From a virus, in IMG/VR virus record IMGVR_UViG_3300006923_000005: a stretch of DNA of 64,000 nt, one strand, 5' to 3'. Position 1 is the first letter of the stretch, and every line of letters starts with the position of its first letter. This document shows, in pieces, positions 38,094 through 47,767 of the stretch. Below the pieces are notes generated by a model. It worked only from the letters and a program-made list of their open reading frames with translations. It had not been told where the DNA came from and searched no databases. The position numbers and the translations under genes were made by a program.

Positions 38094-39011
38094 ATGTCCG
38101 GGCGCAAAGCATTTTCCATTTTTTTCACTGCAATTTTCATTTTACTTGCAGGCTGTAGCGACGTTTCAATCGGTCGCTATGTAACAGATACTATCTATTT
38201 ACCGCCAGGTTCTCCAGAAGTCCATGTGCAAATCTGGGAACAACCAGCATTTGTTGATGGGACGGACATTATTTGGGCCATTGATCGCAGTGGTTCAATG
38301 TGGGATGATGATAATAGAATTGTGGCAGGCATTAATGCCATGATGACTGCGCTGCCGCCAGGCGAAGACTGGAGGTTGACGATAATCTCAACTGATCCCA
38401 ATGAGTCTGTTGATAATGACAGATTTCCACTCAACCCTTTCAGCACAAGCGATGATGTCTGGGATGCTTATATTGCAATCGGCGAACCACAGCAGGAAAA
38501 GGGCTTTGAAGCAATCATGGAGTATATTGATCACGGAACATACGCAAGTACTTGGATGCGCGATGATGCATACACACAACTAGTTGTGGTGTCAGATGAA
38601 GATGATTCATCAACCATTGATGCTCCTGAGTTTGTTGATTGGCTTGATGGATTTCATGAATCATCATTCTCTGCTATTGTTGGACTTCCAGGCGTTCCCT
38701 GCAGTAGTGTATGGTACTCAGGTGATGAGTATGTAGAGGCTGCAAATGACAGCGGCGGCCTGGCTATTGATTTTTGCGATGATTGGGGCCTTGCTGTTCA
38801 AAACCTTGCAACACAAACAGACTTAACAGAGCAATTTGTCTTAGATTACATACCTGATGTCACAACAGTCATTACGACAGTGAATGGTGTTCCCAACGCT
38901 GAGTGGACATACGACATGTCAGTCAACGCAATTACTTTTGACGTTGCAACAGATTATGAAGATACAATCTTAATCGCTTACGCACTTCCCTACGAGGCAC
39001 CAACTGAATGA
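38094..39011 (+). CDS. Lipoprotein with a von Willebrand factor A (vWA) domain.
   Basis: Lipobox FILLAGCSD after a signal peptide. MIDAS motif AIDRSGSM. Confidence 0.6.
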   Translation: MSGRKAFSIFFTAIFILLAGCSDVSIGRYVTDTIYLPPGSPEVHVQIWEQPAFVDGTDIIWAIDRSGSMWDDDNRIVAGINAMMTALPPGEDWRLTIISTDPNESVDNDRFPLNPFSTSDDVWDAYIAIGEPQQEKGFEAIMEYIDHGTYASTWMRDDAYTQLVVVSDEDDSSTIDAPEFVDWLDGFHESSFSAIVGLPGVPCSSVWYSGDEYVEAANDSGGLAIDFCDDWGLAVQNLATQTDLTEQFVLDYIPDVTTVITTVNGVPNAEWTYDMSVNAITFDVATDYEDTILIAYALPYEAPTE

Positions 39012-39739
39012 ACATTCTCAAACATTTCCTTTCATTTGCCATAGCAGTGGCGCTTGTGCTCACACCTACAGCAGTTTTATCATCACCTCCATCAATGGAT
39101 ATGCGCTGGGCAATCCAGTCAGCTGTGATGGTACACATCACTGGTCTTGCGCCTACGCCTGTTGGTGATTTCCAGCGAATCGGTGGCGGAGGCTCAGGAA
39201 CAGCAATCCATACAGTCGGGGGAAAGACACGCGTCTTGACAGCAGCGCATGTTTGTGATTTGGGTCCAGCTGCTGTTTTTGTTAGGGCAACTGTGACAAC
39301 ACATGGAAGAAATATAATGGAGGGTCGTGTCATTGCACTGGATCATTCAACTGATCTCTGTGTCATTGATGTTAAGGGTACAATACGATCTATAGATGTT
39401 GCAAATAGCATGCCTACCGCTGGAACAAAATGCGCGATTGTTGGCGCCCCGGGCCGCAGATATGGTCCTCAAGCATGGCCAACACATGACACACTTCTAC
39501 TTAACGGTCCAACCATTGTACCCTTTGCAAGAAGCCCAATTAAAGACGCAGTTTGGGAAGTTACTGCAGATTTAACAGGTGGCTGGTCAGGAGCTGGTGT
39601 CATTTGCGGTGGACGCATCGCAGGCATAGTTTTTGCTGTTGATAGACACATCGGAGAGTTGGCATATATTATTCAAGTCGACTACTTAAAAAGCTTCCTT
39701 GCTAAGCATGATGCAAGAAAGGACTGGAGTAAGAAGTGA
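39008..39739 (+). CDS. Secreted trypsin-like (S1/chymotrypsin fold) serine protease.
   Basis: Signal peptide. His motif LTAAHVCD, Asp DLCVID and Ser motif GGWSGAGV. Confidence 0.65.
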   Translation: MNILKHFLSFAIAVALVLTPTAVLSSPPSMDMRWAIQSAVMVHITGLAPTPVGDFQRIGGGGSGTAIHTVGGKTRVLTAAHVCDLGPAAVFVRATVTTHGRNIMEGRVIALDHSTDLCVIDVKGTIRSIDVANSMPTAGTKCAIVGAPGRRYGPQAWPTHDTLLLNGPTIVPFARSPIKDAVWEVTADLTGGWSGAGVICGGRIAGIVFAVDRHIGELAYIIQVDYLKSFLAKHDARKDWSKK

Positions 39740-40629
39740 CAACAGGCGCGAATGTTCAAGAAGAAATTGTAGAACTACCAGTATCGCTTCAACGGCTTGA
39801 AGATGTTGATAGGGCAATGGTGCAGCTTTTTCGTGACCGCCTGAATGTTGCAGTTACAGATGATGGGGGAACTCGTCCGTTTTCAGTTATTATGGCGACT
39901 GGTGAACGTTGGGCAATGGTAAGAGATAGAAAGGTGCCTCGTGATGATAATGGCGCACTCATTCTACCTGTTATAACAGTCCGCAGAACAGCCATTGATC
40001 GCCGCGTCCCACCATCACAAGCTGTTGTCGCAAATGAATCACCGCATATTACTGTTGTGAAAGAAATTAATAGAAAGACACCACTACTTCGAAACAGTGT
40101 CGAAAATAGAAGCTTCCCGTTAAATAACCAACAGCAAGTGGCACCCATTTTTGATGTGCGCACAATTCCGCACCCTGATCCCATTAGGGTTGTATATGAT
40201 GTGAAAATCTGGACGCAATACCAGACACACATGAACATCATTCTTGAGAAAATCTTTAACAATTTTGATTACGGAGACACGTTTAAGCTACAAATGGCCG
40301 ATGGTTTCTATTGTGTCGCGAATCTTGATCCAAATGTGTCAGCCTCAGACAATTTTGAGGAATTCACAGATGATGAACGAATCATTCGTTATACAATGAC
40401 GTATACGGCTAATGTCTCACTGGTACTTAATCCAGATAGTGACACAACCTACACACACGCAGATATTGGTGGCACTGGAAAAAGTGTTAAGCGAGTATTA
40501 CAGACGCCTGCGCAGATTAAATTTGCTGTCAAAGAAGGTGTAGTTTCAGAAGCTGCATTGATTGAAATTCTTGACGGCTTAAACGTTAATCCGCGTCTTA
40601 AGGCAAGACTGCTAAATACACCACGCTAA
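39736..40629 (+). CDS. Hypothetical protein, possibly a tail-completion or sheath-initiator region.
   Basis: GTG start overlapping the previous stop. Lies upstream of the sheath gene. Confidence 0.5.
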   Translation: MTTGANVQEEIVELPVSLQRLEDVDRAMVQLFRDRLNVAVTDDGGTRPFSVIMATGERWAMVRDRKVPRDDNGALILPVITVRRTAIDRRVPPSQAVVANESPHITVVKEINRKTPLLRNSVENRSFPLNNQQQVAPIFDVRTIPHPDPIRVVYDVKIWTQYQTHMNIILEKIFNNFDYGDTFKLQMADGFYCVANLDPNVSASDNFEEFTDDERIIRYTMTYTANVSLVLNPDSDTTYTHADIGGTGKSVKRVLQTPAQIKFAVKEGVVSEAALIEILDGLNVNPRLKARLLNTPR

Positions 40630-40693
40630 AAAAACACATTTGCCTTTGCTATACGATAGTTAGTTATAGAATTCTGCATAGGAGAACTGATCT

Positions 40694-43246
40694 ATGCCAA
40701 CTGTATTTGGTGAGAGCACTTTCGTAAGTCCTGCTGTCTTTGTGAGCGAAATCGACCAGACGGTCCTTCCAGCTCAGATTGACCAAATTGGCGGCGCCAT
40801 CGTCGGCCTCTCTGGTAAGGGACCAACAATTCCGACTAAAGTCGGTACGTTCGACGAGTATGTTCGTCTGTTCGGCAACCTTGACCCTGATTATGATGCG
40901 CCATACGCTGTTTATTCACATCTGCTAAATGCACCAGGTGTGACATTCCAGCGTGTATTGGGCCACGAAGATGACCAGACAACGTTAAAGGCTGGCGGCT
41001 TGTATGAGCCGGGCTTGAAGCACCTTGTGATGTCCTCTTCAGGTGAAAATCCAGTTTCAATTGCAAGATTGATGGTTTCAGGATCAGGTATGGTCATCCG
41101 TCAGGATGGTGCTACAGACGGAACGTTTGTTGTTGAAGGTACCGCACCCGATGGTGCCATTACTCCAATCTCAGCGTCTGTTGCCCCAGGTGCTGCTGAT
41201 AGTTATCGCTTGCTTCTCAACTACGATCCAAGTAAGCTCACTGAGCTTGGCCATGTTGTTATCGCAGACTACGGTGACTGGTTTGAACCTGACGCAGGTG
41301 TGTCAGTTACGATCGCCGCCTCGGGTTCTGCTGCAACAATGCCGTCAGACTGGCAAACAAACCATACGTCAGGTTCAACTACAAAGATTAAGTCGCAGGT
41401 ATTTGGTGCCGGTGTTGAATACAACCTCTTTGAGTTCCACACTCTAGGTCAGGGTAGAGCAGCCTCAAGAGATGTAAAGGTTTCAATTCAAAATATTCGA
41501 CCATCGACGAATACGTCAGAAACACGCTACGGCACATTTGATGTTGTTGTTCGTCGCTTTGCTGACACTGACACAAGTCCAATTGAGCTTGAGCGCTTTA
41601 ACAATCTAAATCTTGATCCTGCATCTGCTAACTACATTTACAAGCGTGTTGGTGATATGAGGATCGAGTTTAATACCTCAACAAGAAAGTTTGATTTTGT
41701 CGGGGAGTATGATAATCAGAGCCAGTTCATTCGTGTTGTTGATGCATTAACAGCAGGAACACCTGAAGAAGCACTACCATGGGGCTTCCGCGGATATCTT
41801 CACGCTTCTGGTGGCGTTGGCGGAAATGACAGCGCTCTGGAAATGGTTGAGTTTCCTGTTCCATACACTCGTGCAATGTTTGACCATGCAGAGCGATTCC
41901 AGCGTAAGACTCACTGGGGTGTGTCGATCGGTAATCAGCAAACTGGTTCATGGGATGCATCACTTGTTGTTGCAAACCAAGTTTGGAAGACTGGTTCATT
42001 CAATCCGGTCTTCCAGGCTGAAGGTGTGGCGCGAAGGATGGAATATCTTCCAGCAGTTGGAGCAATTGATGAAGAGGACATTGAGTTTTCACTGTCCAAT
42101 CTAAGTTGTTCAGCAGGAAACGGTCCACTAACACCTGCCCGACTACGAGTGACATCTTATCTTCCAGACGGGTGGGCAGCAGCTACACGCTACTCTTACC
42201 CAACTGTTAACGCAGAACTGTCGGGCTCTTCAACAGGAACACAGGGGTTCCAGATTCCTCCGAAGCTTGCAAACTTCACTGTGACGTTTGCAGGTGGCTG
42301 GGATGGTTGGGATATTACAAAGGCTGATCCATTTGAGGATCTTAAAGCAGATAGCCTATCTGCAGATAGTCTTGAAACTATCGCGCTGAAGAAGGCAGTC
42401 GATCACTTGGCAAATCCTGATGAGGTTGACATCAACCTGCTTGCAGTTCCGGGTGTTGCACTTGAACTTGTTACAGACCACGTGCGTGATATTGTACGAG
42501 ACCGAGGTGATGTATTCTATGTAATGGATGTGTCAGGCTCTTCTGTCGATGACATCATCACAATTATGGATAACAGAAACATTGATGACAACTTCACGGC
42601 AGTCTATTACCCGAACCTGGTTATGCAGGATCCCGTAAACAGGCGCCGCGTGCCAGTCCCGGCTTCTGTTGGTGTCATGGGTGCGATTGCTTTCAATGAT
42701 AAGGTTAAGCAGCCATGGTTTGCTCCTGCAGGCATGAACAGAGGCGGTCTCCGCCAGTTCGGAATTGCACGGGCACAGGAGCGCCTCATCACTGATGAAC
42801 GTGATCGTCTCTATCGCGCTCGCATCAACCCAATTGCTACCATCTCTGGTAACGGTCCGGTTGTGTGGGGCCAGAAGACGCTGCAAAGCGCTGAATCTGC
42901 TCTTGATCGTGTTAACGTTCGTCGGCTTCTGCTTAAGCTTCGCAAGACAATTGCGTCCGCGGCGCAGTTCCTTGTGTTCGAACCGAATGATAATGCAACA
43001 CGCACACGCCTCCGAAAAATCATTGAGCCTCTGCTTCGTGATGTCCAGGCAAATCGCGGCATTGAAGACTACAGGGTTGTTGTTGATGAGACTGTGAATA
43101 CTGACGACCTGATTGACCGTAATATTCTTAAGGGTGTTGTGTTCATTAAGCCGACCAGAACTGCAGAATACATTGTGCTTCCATTCGTTGTTACAGGGGC
43201 AGGCGCTGAATTTGCGATTGAATCAATCAGCGCAAGCACTGCGTAA
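40694..43246 (+). CDS. 18: Tail sheath protein (T4 gp18 family).
   Basis: WFAPAGMNRGGL, RVNVRRLLLKL and RINPIATISGNGPVVWGQKTL match the gp18 blocks WMSPAGYNRG, RINVRRL and INPV...YGDKT. Confidence 0.85.
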   Translation: MPTVFGESTFVSPAVFVSEIDQTVLPAQIDQIGGAIVGLSGKGPTIPTKVGTFDEYVRLFGNLDPDYDAPYAVYSHLLNAPGVTFQRVLGHEDDQTTLKAGGLYEPGLKHLVMSSSGENPVSIARLMVSGSGMVIRQDGATDGTFVVEGTAPDGAITPISASVAPGAADSYRLLLNYDPSKLTELGHVVIADYGDWFEPDAGVSVTIAASGSAATMPSDWQTNHTSGSTTKIKSQVFGAGVEYNLFEFHTLGQGRAASRDVKVSIQNIRPSTNTSETRYGTFDVVVRRFADTDTSPIELERFNNLNLDPASANYIYKRVGDMRIEFNTSTRKFDFVGEYDNQSQFIRVVDALTAGTPEEALPWGFRGYLHASGGVGGNDSALEMVEFPVPYTRAMFDHAERFQRKTHWGVSIGNQQTGSWDASLVVANQVWKTGSFNPVFQAEGVARRMEYLPAVGAIDEEDIEFSLSNLSCSAGNGPLTPARLRVTSYLPDGWAAATRYSYPTVNAELSGSSTGTQGFQIPPKLANFTVTFAGGWDGWDITKADPFEDLKADSLSADSLETIALKKAVDHLANPDEVDINLLAVPGVALELVTDHVRDIVRDRGDVFYVMDVSGSSVDDIITIMDNRNIDDNFTAVYYPNLVMQDPVNRRRVPVPASVGVMGAIAFNDKVKQPWFAPAGMNRGGLRQFGIARAQERLITDERDRLYRARINPIATISGNGPVVWGQKTLQSAESALDRVNVRRLLLKLRKTIASAAQFLVFEPNDNATRTRLRKIIEPLLRDVQANRGIEDYRVVVDETVNTDDLIDRNILKGVVFIKPTRTAEYIVLPFVVTGAGAEFAIESISASTA

Positions 43247-43256
43247 GGGATAGCTG

Positions 43257-43406
43257 ATGAAGAGTATGGTACAATTGCTGACTGAGGCAGCGGGGTCGGG
43301 AGATTCCGTTGCTTTCGTCAAGGATCAGCCAGGCGAGGACCATGAATCGATTGATGCCTACATGCGAGAGCTGTTGGCAACAAGTAGCAAGAGTGTGGAG
43401 TGGTAA
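43257..43406 (+). CDS. 49-aa ORF that starts with the family leader (MKSMVQLLTEAAG...).
   Basis: Leader motif. Lies 2 nt upstream of the next gene, in a different frame. Confidence 0.4.
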   Translation: MKSMVQLLTEAAGSGDSVAFVKDQPGEDHESIDAYMRELLATSSKSVEW

Positions 43407-43408
43407 AG

Positions 43409-44158
43409 ATGCAAACGATGAAAAACCTTTTGACAGGAAAGTCTACTGCAAGACTTGATGAGCGTGCTCTGCCAAGCATGATGAGCCTACTGCTTGAGAG
43501 TGAAAGTGAGCCTGACGTTGAGCCACTGGAAACTGCAGAAGTGCACTGGATGGATCAGATTGCTGATTTGATTGGCGACGATATTGAAGGTGGTGCAGAA
43601 TTCTCGTGGATTCTTGGAAAAGACCTTCCACCCGACGAACTTGCTGACTATACAGCAGAGCTGGATGATAAGTGGGCTGATGATACTGGGGGTATGCGTA
43701 ACTACCAACGCGGCGATGGCCCTGATTGGAATGCCATGGTAGGCCAAGAAGGCGTGAGATATATCAAGGGTCTCACGGAAAAGGGCTGGCCCAGGGATTC
43801 AATTCTATGGGCAGGCTCTGAGGGGCAGGACGAGTATTCAGGTGATACTTACACTCTTCTGTATCACTGGGATCCAGGCTGGCACAGCGTATTCATCGCG
43901 ATGAACGCAAAGACCGGTGAAGTTGAAGGTTCATTCACAACAGGGCTGATTGATTCAACAGCATGGTTCACCGGCGGCCCAGGAACAATGAAGAAGCTGC
44001 TCGGTTGGGCCAAGGAGTTCAAGAAGGAAGGCTACAAGGAAAAGGGCGGTCACTACGGTGGCGAAGACACTTCAAGCCGCCACGGCCGCGGCCCTTCTGG
44101 CATGGCCTCTTTCCTACAGTGGGCAACTCTTGAAAAGAACTACCTACAACAGGGCTAA
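43409..44158 (+). CDS. Hypothetical protein with an internal leader-like motif (PSMMSLLLESE) near its N-terminus.
   Basis: ATG with a GGAG RBS. An alternative GTG lies at 43400. Confidence 0.5.
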   Translation: MQTMKNLLTGKSTARLDERALPSMMSLLLESESEPDVEPLETAEVHWMDQIADLIGDDIEGGAEFSWILGKDLPPDELADYTAELDDKWADDTGGMRNYQRGDGPDWNAMVGQEGVRYIKGLTEKGWPRDSILWAGSEGQDEYSGDTYTLLYHWDPGWHSVFIAMNAKTGEVEGSFTTGLIDSTAWFTGGPGTMKKLLGWAKEFKKEGYKEKGGHYGGEDTSSRHGRGPSGMASFLQWATLEKNYLQQG

Positions 44159-44188
44159 AGTCCTACTTACAACAGGAGTGAATAACAA

Positions 44189-44674
44189 ATGGCTGAGCTA
44201 AGTGTAAATGAGATGCTCGCAAATCAGTTTGAGCCGAAGCGCAAAAACCGATGGATCCTTGAGGTCGACGGTATCGATGCGTTTACGCTTAAGGCTTTTG
44301 CGAGACCAAATGTAAATAACAATGAGATTGAAATTCACTATCTCAATGAGCGAAGGTATCTCGCAGGGAAGTATGAGCCACAGAGTGTTACACTCCGACT
44401 CTACGATCCTCTAGAGCCCTCTGCTGCGCAGAAAGTGTATGACAAGCTTAAGCTCCTTTACGATCCCCAGACAGGCCGTGCAGGCTTTGCTGCAACGTAT
44501 AAGGAAGACATGGTTGTAAAGATGCTTGATCCTGAAGGTGGTATCGCTGAAGAGTGGACACTTGTTGGAGGCTGGTTCAAATCTTCAAACTGGGGTGACC
44601 TGGATATGGAGAATGCTGATCCTGCAGACATTGAGATTGAAGTTCGATACGACAAAGCAATTCTAAACTTCTAA
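44189..44674 (+). CDS. 19: Tail tube protein (gp19-like).
   Basis: 161 aa. Follows the sheath gene directly. Composition and pattern are tube-like (KRKNRWILEVDGIDAFTLKAFARP). Confidence 0.7.
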   Translation: MAELSVNEMLANQFEPKRKNRWILEVDGIDAFTLKAFARPNVNNNEIEIHYLNERRYLAGKYEPQSVTLRLYDPLEPSAAQKVYDKLKLLYDPQTGRAGFAATYKEDMVVKMLDPEGGIAEEWTLVGGWFKSSNWGDLDMENADPADIEIEVRYDKAILNF

Positions 44675-44904
44675 GGAGAAAGGTACGTCTGTGGTTGTGC
44701 TGCGCCACGCGTCACGCCTCTATACAGAAGCAAACGTCAACCTGACATAACCTCGTTTCTGCCATTGAGAAAGGAATGGCGGAAAATGGGTTTGGTCATC
44801 AAATTGTTTAATAATTTTGTGATAGGAGTGACCAACCGGTCCTCCCATTTCACGTTCTGGATGTGATATCCAGATACACTTCTGGAAGCTTAAAAGGCAC
44901 GAAA

Positions 44905-45816
44905 ATGACAGCATTTCCAACCATGTTCCAGCTCCTCAACGAGATTTCGTATAGTCAGGTTGAGCAGCGGTTTAAAAGTAAAAAGTTCAAGAATGCTGTG
45001 ATGCGCTTGAAGCAAATGCCGGGTGAACATAGTTCGTATGAAAACCTCTATCAGGATTTTCTACAAGAGATTGAGGATGCAGTCCCACACGATATTGAAG
45101 ACAAGTATAGAGGTGAAGCGCTGAACTGGTTAATTGGTAGTTTTGTTCACGCAACCAAGGATGTAAAAGCTGCCAGAAATTGGGAAAGGAGTCTTCCTCA
45201 TGCTCTGGGGCACCTTGAAATCTTCTATCAAATGAAAGCGCAAGGCGTTGATGTAATCCTAGAGAAAAACAACATTTACGATATTCCCAGTATTGGAGAG
45301 CTTATTAGAATTGTCAATGATGCTGAAGAAGAATATCATGAGCACATGGCTGCTCGCCCAATCGCAGGTGATGCAAGTGCTGGGATGAATCTTATTGGTG
45401 AAGATGACGAATGGAAGATCTTCATTCCTGAGACACACGCAGCAGCCTGCTATCTTGGCAAGGGTACGAGGTGGTGCACGGCAGCGCCGGGCCTGAAGAA
45501 GTATTATAATCAATACCACAAGAAAAACGACCCACTTATCATCTTTAAGCATAAGCAGGATTCGAGGAAGGATGTTCAGATACACTTTGATGTGACAAAT
45601 TGGCTCAAATTTAAAGGCCAAGTTGAATATGATGAGGATCGCTGGCCTGATTATGAAGATTATCTTGAGTATGTTGGATATCCAGGGCCCCAACCCTCAT
45701 TCATGGATGTCAAAGATGAACCGCTTGATGATCCTGAGCAATTTGTTAGGATTCTTAAGAAATTTGCCACCAAGTTGCCGAGTGATCTCCAGCGCCACCT
45801 CCGTAAAGAGTGGTAA
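44905..45816 (+). CDS. Leader-bearing paralog of 24057-25001 (MTAFPTMFQLLNEIS...).
   Basis: Shared blocks WKIFIPETHAAACYLGKGTRWCTAAPGLKKYY and DPLIIFKHK. Confidence 0.6.
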   Translation: MTAFPTMFQLLNEISYSQVEQRFKSKKFKNAVMRLKQMPGEHSSYENLYQDFLQEIEDAVPHDIEDKYRGEALNWLIGSFVHATKDVKAARNWERSLPHALGHLEIFYQMKAQGVDVILEKNNIYDIPSIGELIRIVNDAEEEYHEHMAARPIAGDASAGMNLIGEDDEWKIFIPETHAAACYLGKGTRWCTAAPGLKKYYNQYHKKNDPLIIFKHKQDSRKDVQIHFDVTNWLKFKGQVEYDEDRWPDYEDYLEYVGYPGPQPSFMDVKDEPLDDPEQFVRILKKFATKLPSDLQRHLRKEW

Positions 45817-45917
45817 CTGATTTCGTTTCCAATTCCTGCTGCCCAGTAATACAATTAAAGTACTACTATAATTCTTGTAGCATTGTCTACTTATAAAGAA
45901 TTGAGGAAAAGAAACAA

Positions 45918-46148
45918 ATGACTCCAAGAGATTTTACATATTGGCTGAAAGGCTTCTTTGAGATTACTGGCCAGCGCACGTTGAGTGAGCATGAGGTAAC
46001 AGTTCTAAAGGACCATCTTGATCTTGTGATGGAAAAGCATACACCCCATCGCGATTGTAGAACAGATTCTACACTTCCATTTCCTGAACCTGAACTTCCA
46101 CGGTTAACGCCGTCAAGGCATTCATTTAGTCAGAAATTGATTTGTTAA
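45918..46148 (+). CDS. Small hypothetical protein.
   Basis: GAGGAAAAG RBS. Confidence 0.35.
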   Translation: MTPRDFTYWLKGFFEITGQRTLSEHEVTVLKDHLDLVMEKHTPHRDCRTDSTLPFPEPELPRLTPSRHSFSQKLIC

Positions 46149-46796
46149 ATGAGTAAGTATCTTTGGATTCTTGATGCTGGCCACGGCGGCATCATTGATG
46201 GCCTTTATCAAACTGCTGGCAAGCGGTCTCCTGTATGGGAAGATGGCAGCCAGCTTTTCGAAGGTGAATTCAACCGCAAGGTTCTCGACAGGTTGATTGA
46301 GCTTCTTGACGAAGCTGGTTATCAATGGGCCTCTGCTACACTTGGCCAGCAAGATGTTCCGCTTCGCGAACGAACTGATTTTGCAAACGACGTATATCGT
46401 AGAGAGCGCCAGAAGAGGTCAGGTCGCCTCAAACCAGTCTTCATCTCAATTCATGCTGACGCATTTTCAAAGCCATCCGCTGGCGGCTGGTCAGTTTATA
46501 CATCTCCAGGCGAAACACGCTCTGACAAGATTGCTGAAGTTTTTTATGAATCAGCAGAAGAGTCACTACCTGAATTTAGAATGCGAAGAGATACCAGAGA
46601 TGGTGATAATGACAAAGAAGCCAATTTCTGGGTGCTTAAGAAAACAGTTATGCCAGCAATCCTAACAGAGAATCTGTTCATGACAAATCCAGCTGAGTGC
46701 AAATTCCTCATGTCAGAGGAAGGTGTGGAGCGAATTGTAGGTCTCCACTTCAACGCAATTCAGCAAATTGAAGAAAGTAACAAGAGGTACGCATGA
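46149..46796 (+). CDS. N-acetylmuramoyl-L-alanine amidase (Amidase_3), the putative endolysin.
   Basis: ILDAGHGG, SIHADA and VMPAILTENLFMTNPAE are Amidase_3 signatures. Confidence 0.8.
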   Translation: MSKYLWILDAGHGGIIDGLYQTAGKRSPVWEDGSQLFEGEFNRKVLDRLIELLDEAGYQWASATLGQQDVPLRERTDFANDVYRRERQKRSGRLKPVFISIHADAFSKPSAGGWSVYTSPGETRSDKIAEVFYESAEESLPEFRMRRDTRDGDNDKEANFWVLKKTVMPAILTENLFMTNPAECKFLMSEEGVERIVGLHFNAIQQIEESNKRYA

Positions 46797-47635
46797 GTAA
46801 CCAAATGGGGATCGACACCCCTGAGCTTAAGGAAACACCATCACAATTCAATGGTGTTCTTGATATTGCAATTCCATTCGAAACAATCCCACTGCCCTCG
46901 CGTGGTTTAGTTTACCCAGAAGACCATCCTTTTTATCAATTGCGTGAGGTAGACATCAAGTGTATGACTACTGCTGAGGAGGACATTCTTTACTCTGCAG
47001 CGCTTGTTAAGGCTGGGCGCGCGCTTGACGAATTAATCAAAGCGTGCCTAATGATCCATGTTGACACCGACACGCTGTTAGCGGCTGACAGGAACGCGAT
47101 TGCTGTGGCCATCCGCATCTCGGGCTACGGGTCAGAGTACGAAGCGACTGTAACATGTCCAAGTTGTGATGAAGAATTCGATGAGCTGTTCAGTATGAAC
47201 AACTTACCAATTAAAGAGCTTGACAAGGGTGATGTTATTAGGTTGGGTGAGAATGCTTTTAGTTGCAAATTACCCAAGACTGGCTTCGATGTCACGTTTA
47301 AGCTTGCAACTGGTGCAGATGAAAATGCATTAATCAAGGCGGCTAAAACCAAAAAGCGTATGGGAATGACACGTGGGGACACAATGACACGTCGTCTCAT
47401 GCAGGCGATCATATCTGTCGCCACCCCTAAGGGCCAGACCGAAAATCGAGCGGAAATCAAGAGATTTCTAAATGCGATGCCTGCTGCAGATGGTGCTGCG
47501 CTTCGGGCAGCAATTAAAGATGTTGAGCCAAAGCTTGAGCTTGTGCAGCCTGTAGTCTGCAAGTTCTGCGATCATGAGGCAGAATTGGAGATCCCGCTGT
47601 CAGCGAAGTTTTTTTGGCCATCCTTCGAAAGCTGA
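46793..47635 (+). CDS. Hypothetical protein with a zinc-ribbon-like pair (CPSCD...CKFCD).
   Basis: ATGA overlap. Confidence 0.5.
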   Translation: MSNQMGIDTPELKETPSQFNGVLDIAIPFETIPLPSRGLVYPEDHPFYQLREVDIKCMTTAEEDILYSAALVKAGRALDELIKACLMIHVDTDTLLAADRNAIAVAIRISGYGSEYEATVTCPSCDEEFDELFSMNNLPIKELDKGDVIRLGENAFSCKLPKTGFDVTFKLATGADENALIKAAKTKKRMGMTRGDTMTRRLMQAIISVATPKGQTENRAEIKRFLNAMPAADGAALRAAIKDVEPKLELVQPVVCKFCDHEAELEIPLSAKFFWPSFES

Positions 47636-47767
47636 TCAACTAGAACTAATTTATAGACTCGTAAAGCACGGCGGATTCGCGCGATCTGATATTTATTTGA
47701 TGAAGCTGCCTGAAAGGCGTTGGTTCCACGAACGCTTAATTCAGGAAATTGAGGAGTCGAATAAGAA

